The notes: a model not told the origin generated them from the sequence alone. A stretch of 18,520 nt of DNA from Anaerohalosphaeraceae bacterium (GCA_050309605.1 JBNRMN010000048.1:1-18520), one strand, 5' to 3'; positions 1 through 8,512 are shown, numbered from the stretch's first letter. Made by a program: numbers and translations.

Positions 1-126
1 TTTTACGCTCAAACAACGCGGATTAAACCCCGTGAATACAGTAAAAGAGGCGCTGAAAATCTATCTCAAAACCGGCCAGCTGCCGGCATTGAAAGAGTTC
101 ACTGCTTCAAATGGCTAAAATCTTAC
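1..126 (+). mobile_element. Right end of an IS66-family insertion sequence (partial, continues left of the window)
   Basis: Transposase-like C-terminus followed by GCTAAAATCTTAC ending at 126. IS66 terminal inverted repeats begin with GTAA (reverse complement TTAC). The left end is outside the window. Confidence 0.65.
2..118 (+). CDS. IS66-family transposase, C-terminal fragment (FTLKQRGLNPVNTVKEALKIYLKTGQLPALKEFTASNG*)
   Basis: Translated by hand in frame 2, stop TAA at 116-118. The TLKQRG-x-NP...GQLP pattern resembles IS66 transposase C-termini, and the stop lies inside the putative terminal inverted repeat. Confidence 0.6.
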   Translation, partial: FTLKQRGLNPVNTVKEALKIYLKTGQLPALKEFTASNG

Positions 127-575
127 ACATATTTGATGACCGTCTTCTGCTCTAAGACCGCAACACGATAAGAGTCCAACAGAACCGGTATCACTGGCTG
201 GAGATGCTGAAAAAGAGGTATTGTTCGTGAGGGAGCGGCAAAGGTAACGCCGGCAGGCGTCGTCGAAAGCATGTCGGCCGGCCAGGCGACTGTAAAGGGG
301 ACATCCCGGCTCTGCGCAAGAGAAAGGCACACTGAATGCCGGCGGGTAACTGTGAAAGCCCGTCCTTTCCTTGCGACGTCAGACAATTCCATTGTCGGCG
401 GCCTATAAACAACCGCCCCCATGGAAAATGCAACCGATCGGAGTAAACACGTGCTCACCCCTGACCTCCCGTCCGATTAACCTAACTGATCCCCCCACTA
501 ATTTCGCATTACCCACGCATTAATGTCTGAATCCTTACTTTGTCAGGTTGCCTGAAAACCATTCCTGCATTTTAT

Positions 576-604
576 AGTTTACCGCATGGTCCGATAAATG
601 TCAA
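576..604 (-). promoter_or_regulatory. Sigma70-type promoter firing leftwards (TTGACA-17-TAAACT)
   Basis: Minus strand: TTGACA (604-599), 17-nt spacer, TAAACT (581-576). Predicted TSS about 570. Confidence 0.65.
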
Positions 605-770
605 TCAAAAAAAGTAAGATTTTAGATTTTTTCGATAATTATGATAAACGAAGTCCTTTATTTTTATTCTATCTGCACATTCAACCGGCGTTGATGAATA
701 AGCGGCCCGCTGGTCCAGATGACCTGTCCGGCCGGGTTGGCCTCGATGGCGAAGATGTCGCTTTTTCCAG

Positions 771-814
771 AAAAACATAAAGCCCTGTAGGTTAATGACC
801 TACAGGGCTTTATG
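771..814 (-). terminator. Intrinsic terminator downstream of tRNA-Asp
   Basis: Perfect 17-bp inverted repeat CATAAAGCCCTGTAGGT (776-792) / ACCTACAGGGCTTTATG (798-814), followed by T5 on the minus strand (771-775). Confidence 0.85.
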
Positions 815-817
815 AAG

Positions 818-891
818 CGAGGCCGAAGGGGCTCGAACCCTCAACCTTCGGATCGACAGTCCGATGCTCTAACCAATTGAGCTACGGCCCC
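818..891 (-). tRNA. tRNA-Asp (anticodon GTC), CCA not encoded
   Basis: Reverse complement is GGGGCCGTAGCTCAATTGGTTAGAGCATCGGACTGTCGATCCGAAGGTTGAGGGTTCGAGCCCCTTCGGCCTCG: acceptor stem GGGGCCG/CGGCCTC, anticodon loop CT-GTC-GA, T-loop GGTTCGAG, discriminator G. Confidence 0.97.
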
Positions 892-905
892 AACCAAAGA
901 ACCGG

Positions 906-935
906 AATTTAACAAAAACTTCGGTGTTCTGTCAA
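906..935 (-). promoter_or_regulatory. Sigma70-type promoter of tRNA-Asp
   Basis: Minus strand: TTGACA (935-930), 18-nt spacer ending in TGt, TAAATT (911-906), 14 nt upstream of the tRNA 5' end. Confidence 0.7.
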
Positions 936-1103
936 TATATTTTTGGCTGCAAAAAATATTTTTTCGAGTAAATACGCCGAACGCATTAATCAAATCGCAG
1001 TCCATACCCCCACGAACAACGACTGTCTCATACAGAAACGTCTTTTATACGCACCTTAAACCAATGAAACCAAATAAATGAGACACAAAAAACCTTAAAG
1101 TTC

Positions 1104-3545
1104 TTACTTTCGCCGCTGGCTTCGACCGGTTTTACGGGCGGTTTTTTTTCGGGTTTTCGGCGGCTCAATGGCGATCTCAATGAGGTCCTGTGCCTTTTCG
1201 ACAAAGACCATCTTCAGTCCGGATTTGGCTTCACGCGGCACATCGACCAAATCCTTCTCGTTACGTTTGGGCAGGACGACCGTTTTGATGCCGGCCTGTT
1301 TGGCGGCCAGAATTTTTTCCTTCAGCCCCCCCACCGGCAACACCAGCCCTTTCAGCGTCATCTCTCCGGTCATCGCCACATCCGGTCGAGCCGAACGATG
1401 GGTCAGCAGCGACACCAGCGACGTAAACATCGTAATGCCCGCACTGGGACCGTCCTTGGGCACCGCCCCGGCCGGAACGTGAACATGAAAATCATTCTTA
1501 ACGAACACCTCCCCGTCAATATTCAAAGTCGCCGCGTTGGCCTTGACATTGGAAAACGCCGCCTGGGCGCTTTCCTTCATCACCTCGCCGATCTGCCCGG
1601 TCAATAAAAGCTGACCCTTGCCGGGCATCATCGCCGATTCGACAAACAGAATCTCCCCGCCGACCGGCGTATAAGCCAACCCCGTTACCACACCCGGCAC
1701 AGCCGTTCGCAATGCCAGTTCGGATTCGAATTTGTGCGGGCCGAGAATGGACGCAAGATCCTTGACCCCAATCGTCATTCGACGTCGCTTTTTCTCGGCG
1801 ATCTGCGTGGCCGCATACCGGCAAATCGTCCCGATGGTGCGCTCAAGGTTGCGAACGCCCGCCTCATGGGTATAACGCTGAATCACCTCAATCAACGCCT
1901 CATCGCGAACCGTCAGTTGTGTTTTTTTCAGGCCGTTTTCTTTCATCTGTCGATCGACCAGATACTTCCGCGCAATATGCAGTTTTTCAGTCTGAGTATA
2001 ACCGGGCAGATGCAGAATCTCCATTCGATCCATCAGGGCCGGCGGAATCGGTTCGGTATAATTGGCCGTACCGATAAACATCACATGCGACAAGTCGAAC
2101 GGCTGCTCAAGATAGTGGTCGGTAAAACTGTTGTTCTGCTCCGGATCGAGCACCTCCAGCAGGGCCGAGGCCGGGTCGCCGCGAAAATCCTGCCCGATCT
2201 TATCCAGCTCATCGAGCATAAACACCGGATTTTTCGATTCGGATTTTCGCAGTTCCTGCAGGATGCGCCCCGGCAAGGCGCCGATATAGGTGCGTCGATG
2301 GCCGCGAATGTCGGCCTCATCGCGAATGCCGCCCAGCGAGATGCGCACAAATTTGCGCCCCATCGCACGGGCAATCGAACGACCCAGACTGGTCTTGCCA
2401 ACCCCCGGCGGACCGACAAAACACAGGATCGGACTTTTGCCGTGCGGATTGAGTTTGCGTACCGCAAGAAACTCAAGGATCCGCCGTTTGACCTTGTCCA
2501 GACCATAGTGATCGCGATTGAGAATCCGTCGGGCGCGGGCAATATCAATCCGATCCGCGGTGGCTTTGGCCCAAGGCAGTTCACACACCCAGTCCAGATA
2601 CGTGCGAAGGACACTGTACTCAGGCGAGGCGGGCGAAATCTTGCTCAGCCGATCCAGCTCGCGCAGCGCTTCGGCCTCGACAGCCCTGGGCATTTTGGCG
2701 GCTTTGATCTTGGCGTGCAGTTCTTTGGTCTCCTCGGTTCGCCTATCATCCTGCCCCAGCTCAGCCTGAATCGCCTTGAGTTCTTCCTGAAGAAAATACT
2801 CGCGCTGGCTTTTATCAATGGATTCACGCACCTGCCCCTGAATTTTATGACTCAGTTCCAATACTTCGAGCTGATTGGCCAGTGCGACGGAAATTTTTTC
2901 AAGCCGTCGATGGGTATCCAGCTCCTCCAGCAATTCCTGCTTTTCCTCTATCGGAATATTGAGTGTGGCCGCAAGAAAGTCGGCCAGCGCTGACGGCTCC
3001 TGGATATTTTCCAGCAGCATCGAGGCCTCTTCGGGCATATTGGGACTCAGTGCGACAACCCGATTGGCGGTATTGCGCACACCCATCACCAGGGCCTGCA
3101 ATTGTTTGGTGCGACGTGTGCGGGTCTTGAGCATGTTGACACGAGCCTTAAGATAAGGCTCCGAAGCAACATAGTCCACTATCTCAAATCGCGCCATCCC
3201 GTGGACAATCATATTGATCGATCCGTGCGGCATTTTGATGACTTTCAGGACCGACGCGGCCGTCCCGATGCGGTACAGATCATTTTTTGTCGGGTCTTCA
3301 ATGTCTGGATTTTTTTGGGCAACAAGCCCGAACACTGTTTCTTGTGGTTCAATATCTAAAACAAGGCGTTTGCTCCGTTCACGCCCGATGGCCAACGGCA
3401 TCACCGTCCCCGGAAAAGCCACCGCACTTCGAATGGGCAAAATGCCCATCACATCAGGGACCTTCAATTCTATGTCCGATGTCTCGCCCCTCTGAACCGA
3501 GGATGACGTGTCGGAATCCAATTCAATCAGTTCAATCAATCGCAT
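1104..3545 (-). CDS. lon: ATP-dependent protease La (Lon)
   Basis: 813 aa. LON N-domain (ILPIRSAVAFPG), Walker A GPPGVGKTS, Walker B MLDELDK, RGHRRTYIGALPG, catalytic Ser motif PKDGPSAG and Lys motif GGLKEK. Confidence 0.97.
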   Translation of the reverse strand: MRLIELIELDSDTSSSVQRGETSDIELKVPDVMGILPIRSAVAFPGTVMPLAIGRERSKRLVLDIEPQETVFGLVAQKNPDIEDPTKNDLYRIGTAASVLKVIKMPHGSINMIVHGMARFEIVDYVASEPYLKARVNMLKTRTRRTKQLQALVMGVRNTANRVVALSPNMPEEASMLLENIQEPSALADFLAATLNIPIEEKQELLEELDTHRRLEKISVALANQLEVLELSHKIQGQVRESIDKSQREYFLQEELKAIQAELGQDDRRTEETKELHAKIKAAKMPRAVEAEALRELDRLSKISPASPEYSVLRTYLDWVCELPWAKATADRIDIARARRILNRDHYGLDKVKRRILEFLAVRKLNPHGKSPILCFVGPPGVGKTSLGRSIARAMGRKFVRISLGGIRDEADIRGHRRTYIGALPGRILQELRKSESKNPVFMLDELDKIGQDFRGDPASALLEVLDPEQNNSFTDHYLEQPFDLSHVMFIGTANYTEPIPPALMDRMEILHLPGYTQTEKLHIARKYLVDRQMKENGLKKTQLTVRDEALIEVIQRYTHEAGVRNLERTIGTICRYAATQIAEKKRRRMTIGVKDLASILGPHKFESELALRTAVPGVVTGLAYTPVGGEILFVESAMMPGKGQLLLTGQIGEVMKESAQAAFSNVKANAATLNIDGEVFVKNDFHVHVPAGAVPKDGPSAGITMFTSLVSLLTHRSARPDVAMTGEMTLKGLVLPVGGLKEKILAAKQAGIKTVVLPKRNEKDLVDVPREAKSGLKMVFVEKAQDLIEIAIEPPKTRKKTARKTGRSQRRK

Positions 3546-3884
3546 ACGTTTCTTTTGTCAGACATAACCTATCTATATCGCTTAAATCTTGATTACATTC
3601 TCATCATACCGGAAAATGAAGGCACTGAAAAGGAAATTATATCGATAGGCCCTTGCGTGTGATTCCTTCAAAAGAAACCCGAAAAGTCCGATATAAATGC
3701 GGTTTTTCGGATTATTTGTCTTCTAACGCCTCTTTTTTCCGCGAAATAGTCAAAGCTCAAAAAGAATTATTGATTTTTGATTAATTTTATGTTAGAAATG
3801 GCATATAATGGTGATTATAATAAGAGATGGTGCCAAGCGGTGCTTTGCACTATACGAACCGTCAATATGGGTGGGATAAGGAGA

Positions 3885-4751
3885 ATGCAGCAATTTTCGA
3901 GAGATTTGATGCAACAAACCAGCTCGGGGGGCAACCTCTATGAGGCTATTCCCCGTGTGCGCGGTTCCGTGCAACCTGTTGCCAACTCCTCGACTGCGGA
4001 ACATTCATCCACTTTATTAGCCAAACGGTACGAGCTGAAGTACCGCATCCCGGAATCGACCGCTGTGGCCGTTCGAGCCTTTGTCCAAAGCTATCTGCAA
4101 ACGGACAAATACGCCCTCAAACATCCCAATCGACAATACCCGATATGCAGTCTGTATCTGGACTCGCCGCGGTTTGATTTATTTCATGAGACCATTTATG
4201 ATAAATGCAATCGGTTCAAATTGCGGATCCGGGGATACGACGACGACCCAAACAGCCCGCTTTTTTGTGAAATAAAACGCAAACTCAATCGTATCATTTA
4301 TAAAAGCCGTGCCCGCATTCATAAAGCTCAGCTTGAGCCTATTCTGAACGGTTGCTACGTACCGCGGGATTTGCCGGAGAAGGATCGAAAAGTACTCAAG
4401 CAATTTATGCATTACTGTCAATGTCTTCAGGCACGTCCGGTGGCATTGATTCGTTATATGCGCGAGGCGTACGAGAATCAGACCGACTCGAAAGTGCGCA
4501 TTACCTTTGATCGTCAATTGTATTATAAATATACCAATAACCCGGCATTTACACTCAATGGACTGGGATGGCAGCGGGTACCGATTGATTTTGTGATACT
4601 TGAAATCAAGTTCACGGCCAGCTATCCCTCGTGGCTCAAAGAGCTGGTGCGGATGTTTGATTTGAGCCGGCAGTCGATGTCCAAGTATTGCAGCTCCGTT
4701 CGGCGGTTAGTGCCTCAGGGACCTGCGATTTACAGACTTCCGAGCCGGTAA
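3885..4751 (+). CDS. VTC-domain (polyphosphate polymerase-like, CYTH/TTM superfamily) protein
   Basis: Motifs RYELKY, SLYLD, KLRIRGY, EIK, YMREAY, RITFD, ILEIK and SKY. The start is uncertain: ATG 3885 follows AAGGAG, and ATG 3909 is an alternative. The ORF-track start at 3777 runs through AT-rich DNA containing TATAAT boxes (3804-3809, 3816-3821). Confidence 0.85.
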   Translation: MQQFSRDLMQQTSSGGNLYEAIPRVRGSVQPVANSSTAEHSSTLLAKRYELKYRIPESTAVAVRAFVQSYLQTDKYALKHPNRQYPICSLYLDSPRFDLFHETIYDKCNRFKLRIRGYDDDPNSPLFCEIKRKLNRIIYKSRARIHKAQLEPILNGCYVPRDLPEKDRKVLKQFMHYCQCLQARPVALIRYMREAYENQTDSKVRITFDRQLYYKYTNNPAFTLNGLGWQRVPIDFVILEIKFTASYPSWLKELVRMFDLSRQSMSKYCSSVRRLVPQGPAIYRLPSR

Positions 4752-4774
4752 ACATGAAGGACAAGTTATAAGTT

Positions 4775-5470
4775 ATGGATACATTATGGCAGATTCTGAA
4801 TGGCAGTCCGCTTGACCAGGGGGTTGACGGATGGACGATTTTGCTTTCGCTGCTGCTGAGCTTTGTGCTCGGACAGGTGCTCGCATGGGTCTATTATTTT
4901 ACGCACAACAGCTTGTCTTATTCCAAATCTTTCGTACAATCATTGATTATCATTACAATGGCCGTGGCGCTGGTCATGGCAACTATATCGGGCAGTTTTG
5001 TGATCGCCGTCGGGTTGATGGGCGCCGTTTCACTGATTCGGTTCCGCAACATCATTAAAGACACCCGCGATATCACGTTTTTATTTTGTGCCCTGGTCAT
5101 CGGAATGGCCTGCGGCTCGCAGCGTTACGCCATTGCCGTACTCGGCACGCTGGGGTTGTGTCTGGTTCTGGTTTATTTACATATTGCGGATTTTGGTATG
5201 CACCATTCTTATAATGCCTTTTTGCGTTTCAGTTTCGACGGAACGATCGAACCGAATCATCCGCTTCTGGCGATATTGAAACGGTTTACCCGGACGTTCA
5301 CACTGATTTCGTCCAACTCCTCGGCGCCGGAAGGTGAGAATATGGACTATGCGTACCAGCTTTCCCTTCGGACGGCGCGGAACAATGAGCAACTGCTCTC
5401 CGAAATACGTAAAATCGAAGGGGTGCATAATGTCAGCTTGACAATGCAGGAACAACTGTTGGAGATGTAA
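4775..5470 (+). CDS. DUF4956-family (MgtC/SapB-like) inner membrane protein with a C-terminal soluble ACT-like domain
   Basis: 231 aa, about 4-5 hydrophobic segments, signature GLMGAVSLIRFRNIIKDTRD and GMACG. Lies directly after a VTC gene, the usual context for this family. Confidence 0.85.
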   Translation: MDTLWQILNGSPLDQGVDGWTILLSLLLSFVLGQVLAWVYYFTHNSLSYSKSFVQSLIIITMAVALVMATISGSFVIAVGLMGAVSLIRFRNIIKDTRDITFLFCALVIGMACGSQRYAIAVLGTLGLCLVLVYLHIADFGMHHSYNAFLRFSFDGTIEPNHPLLAILKRFTRTFTLISSNSSAPEGENMDYAYQLSLRTARNNEQLLSEIRKIEGVHNVSLTMQEQLLEM

Positions 5471-5487
5471 GGAGAGACAGTCCTGAG

Positions 5488-6633
5488 ATGACACCGAAAA
5501 GACAAGGAAAGTTGTTTGGCGGGATGCTGCCTGTAGTGGTCTGGCTGTCCGCGGTTGCAGCGGTGGTTTTTTTGTATGCGCGGCGTCATCAGACATTCGC
5601 CTTGACCGGCCTGGCCATGGCGCCTTCGCAGACCTTATCTGCGGTGGACAACGGCGTTGTTCGGCACATTCCGGTATCGCTGTTTGATCCTGTTCAGCGG
5701 GGGGACCTGCTGGCCATCGTCGAATTGGGTTCGCCCCCTGAAAACGAATATCTAAGGGCAGTCAACGAAGCCCGTAAAAACACGATGCTGACCGAGCTGG
5801 ATCGGCTCAGAGCCGAACTGACCGCCGTCGAACAGCAGCTTCGTTATGACCTCGATGTGGATACCAAAGGCCAGATGCTTCGCTATGGACAGCTTGTGCT
5901 GGATGTGGAAAATGCCCATCTGGACCTGCTCAAGATTCGCACCGAACTGGAAATGGACAGAGGCCTTCTGGCCGGGCTGGAACTGGAAAAAAACGCTGTC
6001 CAGGAGTTGTTGGAAAAACAGGCCGTCCATCCGTATGAAGCCCGACAGGCCGAGCTGGAATATGAGGCCCTGGCGCGAAAAGTGGCCGCGACGGAAATAC
6101 TCGAAGCCCAGGCGCAGAACAGTGTGGCCGTCGCTCGCAGGCAGCTTGAGCAATCGACGCTCGACCGGCAGGAGGAAGCCTACATCGATACCCTGCTTGA
6201 GCCGCATCGCAAAGCCGTCGCCGTACAGGAAAAAGTGCTCGCCGAATTGTTCACCCCGACCTTTCGGATGATGCTGACCGCCAAGATCGACGGCGTGGTC
6301 AGTTCGATTCTGATTTCAGAGGGCCAGGGCGTACAGGCCGGTGATATTATTCTGACAGTCAGTCCGCCTTCGGCTGACTATATTGTCGCGTGGCTGGATC
6401 CGGTCTTTACCGGACGTCTGGAAACCAATCAAGAAGTCCAAGTTTCCAAACACAGCTTTCCGCAACAGAGCTTTCGTTCTAACGTGGCCGCGATCAGCCC
6501 GTCGGTCGAACTGATGCCCGAACAGATGTGGCCGACGCCCACAACCCCCAAATGGGGGCGGCCGATCAAGATTCCCGTCCCCGACGACATTCAGTTGGTC
6601 GGCAACGAAATCGTAGGCATTCGCGGACTGTAA
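5488..6633 (+). CDS. HlyD-family membrane fusion (periplasmic adaptor) protein
   Basis: 381 aa. N-terminal TM helix, split lipoyl half-motifs (VQRGDLL; AKIDGVVSSILISEGQGVQAGDIIL) around a long coiled coil. AAGGAG upstream. Confidence 0.85.
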   Translation: MTPKRQGKLFGGMLPVVVWLSAVAAVVFLYARRHQTFALTGLAMAPSQTLSAVDNGVVRHIPVSLFDPVQRGDLLAIVELGSPPENEYLRAVNEARKNTMLTELDRLRAELTAVEQQLRYDLDVDTKGQMLRYGQLVLDVENAHLDLLKIRTELEMDRGLLAGLELEKNAVQELLEKQAVHPYEARQAELEYEALARKVAATEILEAQAQNSVAVARRQLEQSTLDRQEEAYIDTLLEPHRKAVAVQEKVLAELFTPTFRMMLTAKIDGVVSSILISEGQGVQAGDIILTVSPPSADYIVAWLDPVFTGRLETNQEVQVSKHSFPQQSFRSNVAAISPSVELMPEQMWPTPTTPKWGRPIKIPVPDDIQLVGNEIVGIRGL

Positions 6634-8373
6634 ATGAACCTCCTCAAGATGAGTCAGAAACACAGATTCGGTATGATGAGTGCTCGACAGAAGACGCAAG
6701 TCAGAAACCAGCCATCGCAAGCCGAAGTCTGTCCGCTGTTATTCGTTCCTTTCCCACGCATGCTCCGGAATGGAGATGGCGCGGCGTCTTTTTTTCGTTG
6801 TGTGCCTTCCGTTGTCTGCCTGCTGTTGTTCGTCTTCTGCCTGGCAGGCTGCGGCTTGGACGCCCGCGAAGCGGTCGTCCAAGCCGACAAGAAGGTCTAT
6901 ACCGCCATCGAGAGCAACTGGCAGGACGACTTCGGCACCCGAACGGATGTGCGTGTCGATCCGAACGACCGCCGTTTGGCCATGGCCGAAGCCATCATTG
7001 AGGATGTACGCCACACACAAACCCTTCGTCTGGAGCAAGCGGTTCAACTGGCCGTTTTGGCCGGGCCGGAATATCGCACGGAAATTGAACGGCTGTACCT
7101 GACCGGGCTGGATCAATGGGACGCCGAGCATGTGTTCGCCCTGATCCCGCTGGCCGGCGGATCCTCGTTCTATGCGACCGACGGCACCGATGAAACCGTG
7201 TCAACCCAAGGGTTTGTCGGCATTCAGCAACTGCTGTCAACCGGTGCCGTTGCGGCCGCTGATATAACGCTCGGCTCGCTGGATGTGTTAACCGGCGACC
7301 TGCGAAGCGGTTCGTCATCGATCTTTCGGGCGGCGATCGTGCAGCCCCTGCTGCGCGGCGCGGAGCGGACCGTTGTACTGGAAACACTCACGCAGGCGCA
7401 GCAGAACACGCTGTACGCGGTGCGACATTTCAATCGTTTCCGAAAAACCTACTGCGCGTCGGTTGTCAGCGATTACTATCGCCTTTCGGAACTGGCCTTG
7501 CGAACGCAAAACACCCTGGACAACATCCGGCAACTGGAAAGTTTGGTCGAGCGGATGGAGCATCTGACCGGTGTGGCCCGCGTGGGACAATATGAACTGG
7601 AAGAGACCCAGCAGGATTTGCTTAAGGCGCGCGACGACTATCTCGATTTTCAGCGGCGCTACGCCGAAAGCCTGGATTTGTTTAAGGTGCGGCTCAACAT
7701 CCCGCCGCACATCGAATTTGAACCGTATCTCGGCGACTGGCTGATGCTTTCCGAATCGATCTTTGCCGAGAGCGGCTGGGATGAGCAGGCTGCCGTCGAG
7801 GCGGCTCTTGCCCAGCGTTTGGATTTGGCCAATATGCAGGATCAGATCGCCGACGCCCAGCGAAAAGTCCACGTCGCCGAGGACGCGCTGGGCGGGGATT
7901 TGTCGCTGATCGCCGCCGCTGCGCCGGCATCGGGCAGAACCGATTCGCAATATACGATCGGCATTGAAGGCGCTCTGCCGCTGGATCGCGTCAACGAAGC
8001 GACCCAGTATCGCCGCGCTCTGATCGCGCTGACCGCTCAGCAGCGACTGTATGACCAGCACACGCATCAGGTGGCCGCCGAAGTTCGCAAAGCCTGGCGG
8101 GATATGGCCGAAGCCAAAGAACGCTATCTGCTCCAGCGGCAGGCCCGCGATCTGGCCCGCAAACGTCTTGAGAATACCACCCGATTGCTGCACTACAGCC
8201 GAGCCAATACGCGCGATGTTCTGGATGCCCAGGAAGACCTGTACGACGCCGAAGACGATTTCATCGTCGCCCTGTCGGATTTTGCCGTTGCCCAAATGAA
8301 TTTCCTCCGCGACACGGAAACCCTCTGGATACTGCCGGACGGCACTTACGAAACCCAACTGGCATTACAGTAG
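6634..8373 (+). CDS. TolC-family outer membrane efflux channel lipoprotein
   Basis: Hydrophobic stretch with lipobox LAGC (Cys codon 6850-6852). Two OEP-like repeats (LRLEQAVQLA...QPLLRGA; ALAQRLDL...LPLDR...DVLDAQEDL). The start is either 6634 (abutting the upstream stop, TAAATG) or 6760 (gives a more normal signal peptide). Confidence 0.85.
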   Translation: MNLLKMSQKHRFGMMSARQKTQVRNQPSQAEVCPLLFVPFPRMLRNGDGAASFFRCVPSVVCLLLFVFCLAGCGLDAREAVVQADKKVYTAIESNWQDDFGTRTDVRVDPNDRRLAMAEAIIEDVRHTQTLRLEQAVQLAVLAGPEYRTEIERLYLTGLDQWDAEHVFALIPLAGGSSFYATDGTDETVSTQGFVGIQQLLSTGAVAAADITLGSLDVLTGDLRSGSSSIFRAAIVQPLLRGAERTVVLETLTQAQQNTLYAVRHFNRFRKTYCASVVSDYYRLSELALRTQNTLDNIRQLESLVERMEHLTGVARVGQYELEETQQDLLKARDDYLDFQRRYAESLDLFKVRLNIPPHIEFEPYLGDWLMLSESIFAESGWDEQAAVEAALAQRLDLANMQDQIADAQRKVHVAEDALGGDLSLIAAAAPASGRTDSQYTIGIEGALPLDRVNEATQYRRALIALTAQQRLYDQHTHQVAAEVRKAWRDMAEAKERYLLQRQARDLARKRLENTTRLLHYSRANTRDVLDAQEDLYDAEDDFIVALSDFAVAQMNFLRDTETLWILPDGTYETQLALQ

Positions 8374-8438
8374 CCTTCCGAAATTCATATCCCCAAACAA
8401 GCCGCTGGCGATTCTTGTTTAAGAGTGTATTGTTTTAT

Positions 8439-8456
8439 TTGCGACTATTTTCACAA
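8439..8456. promoter_or_regulatory. Palindromic operator TTGCGA-CTATTT-TCACAA (Rex-like or Crp/Fnr-like box) upstream of hydG
   Basis: 18-bp imperfect palindrome with one arm mismatch to TTGTGA-N6-TCACAA. It overlaps a candidate promoter TTGCGA-16-TATGAT (8439-8466). Confidence 0.55.
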
Positions 8457-8512
8457 TAAATATGATTGTTTTTTGTGCATTGAGTTTTTTTGCACAATAT
8501 TTGTTACAACAG

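Noticed and set aside
598..780. 60-aa plus-strand ORF between the orphan promoter and the tRNA terminator
   Set aside because: It has no ribosome binding site or recognisable motif and overlaps AT-rich promoter-upstream DNA.
127..817. Genomic-island att site at the tRNA-Asp 3' end
   Set aside because: No integrase and no duplicate of the tRNA 3' end is visible in the window. It cannot be excluded further left.
1734..2993. 419-aa ORF antisense to lon, and similar shadow ORFs over TolC (7315-8358), hydG, Bro-N and hydF
   Set aside because: They are fully nested opposite well-supported genes and show no domain signatures.
3790..3850. Sigma54 promoter, PHO box or FNR box upstream of the VTC operon
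   Set aside because: TGGCA and TTGC elements are present but not at -24/-12 spacing. No 11-bp-period PHO repeats or correctly spaced TTGAT-N4-ATCAA were found.
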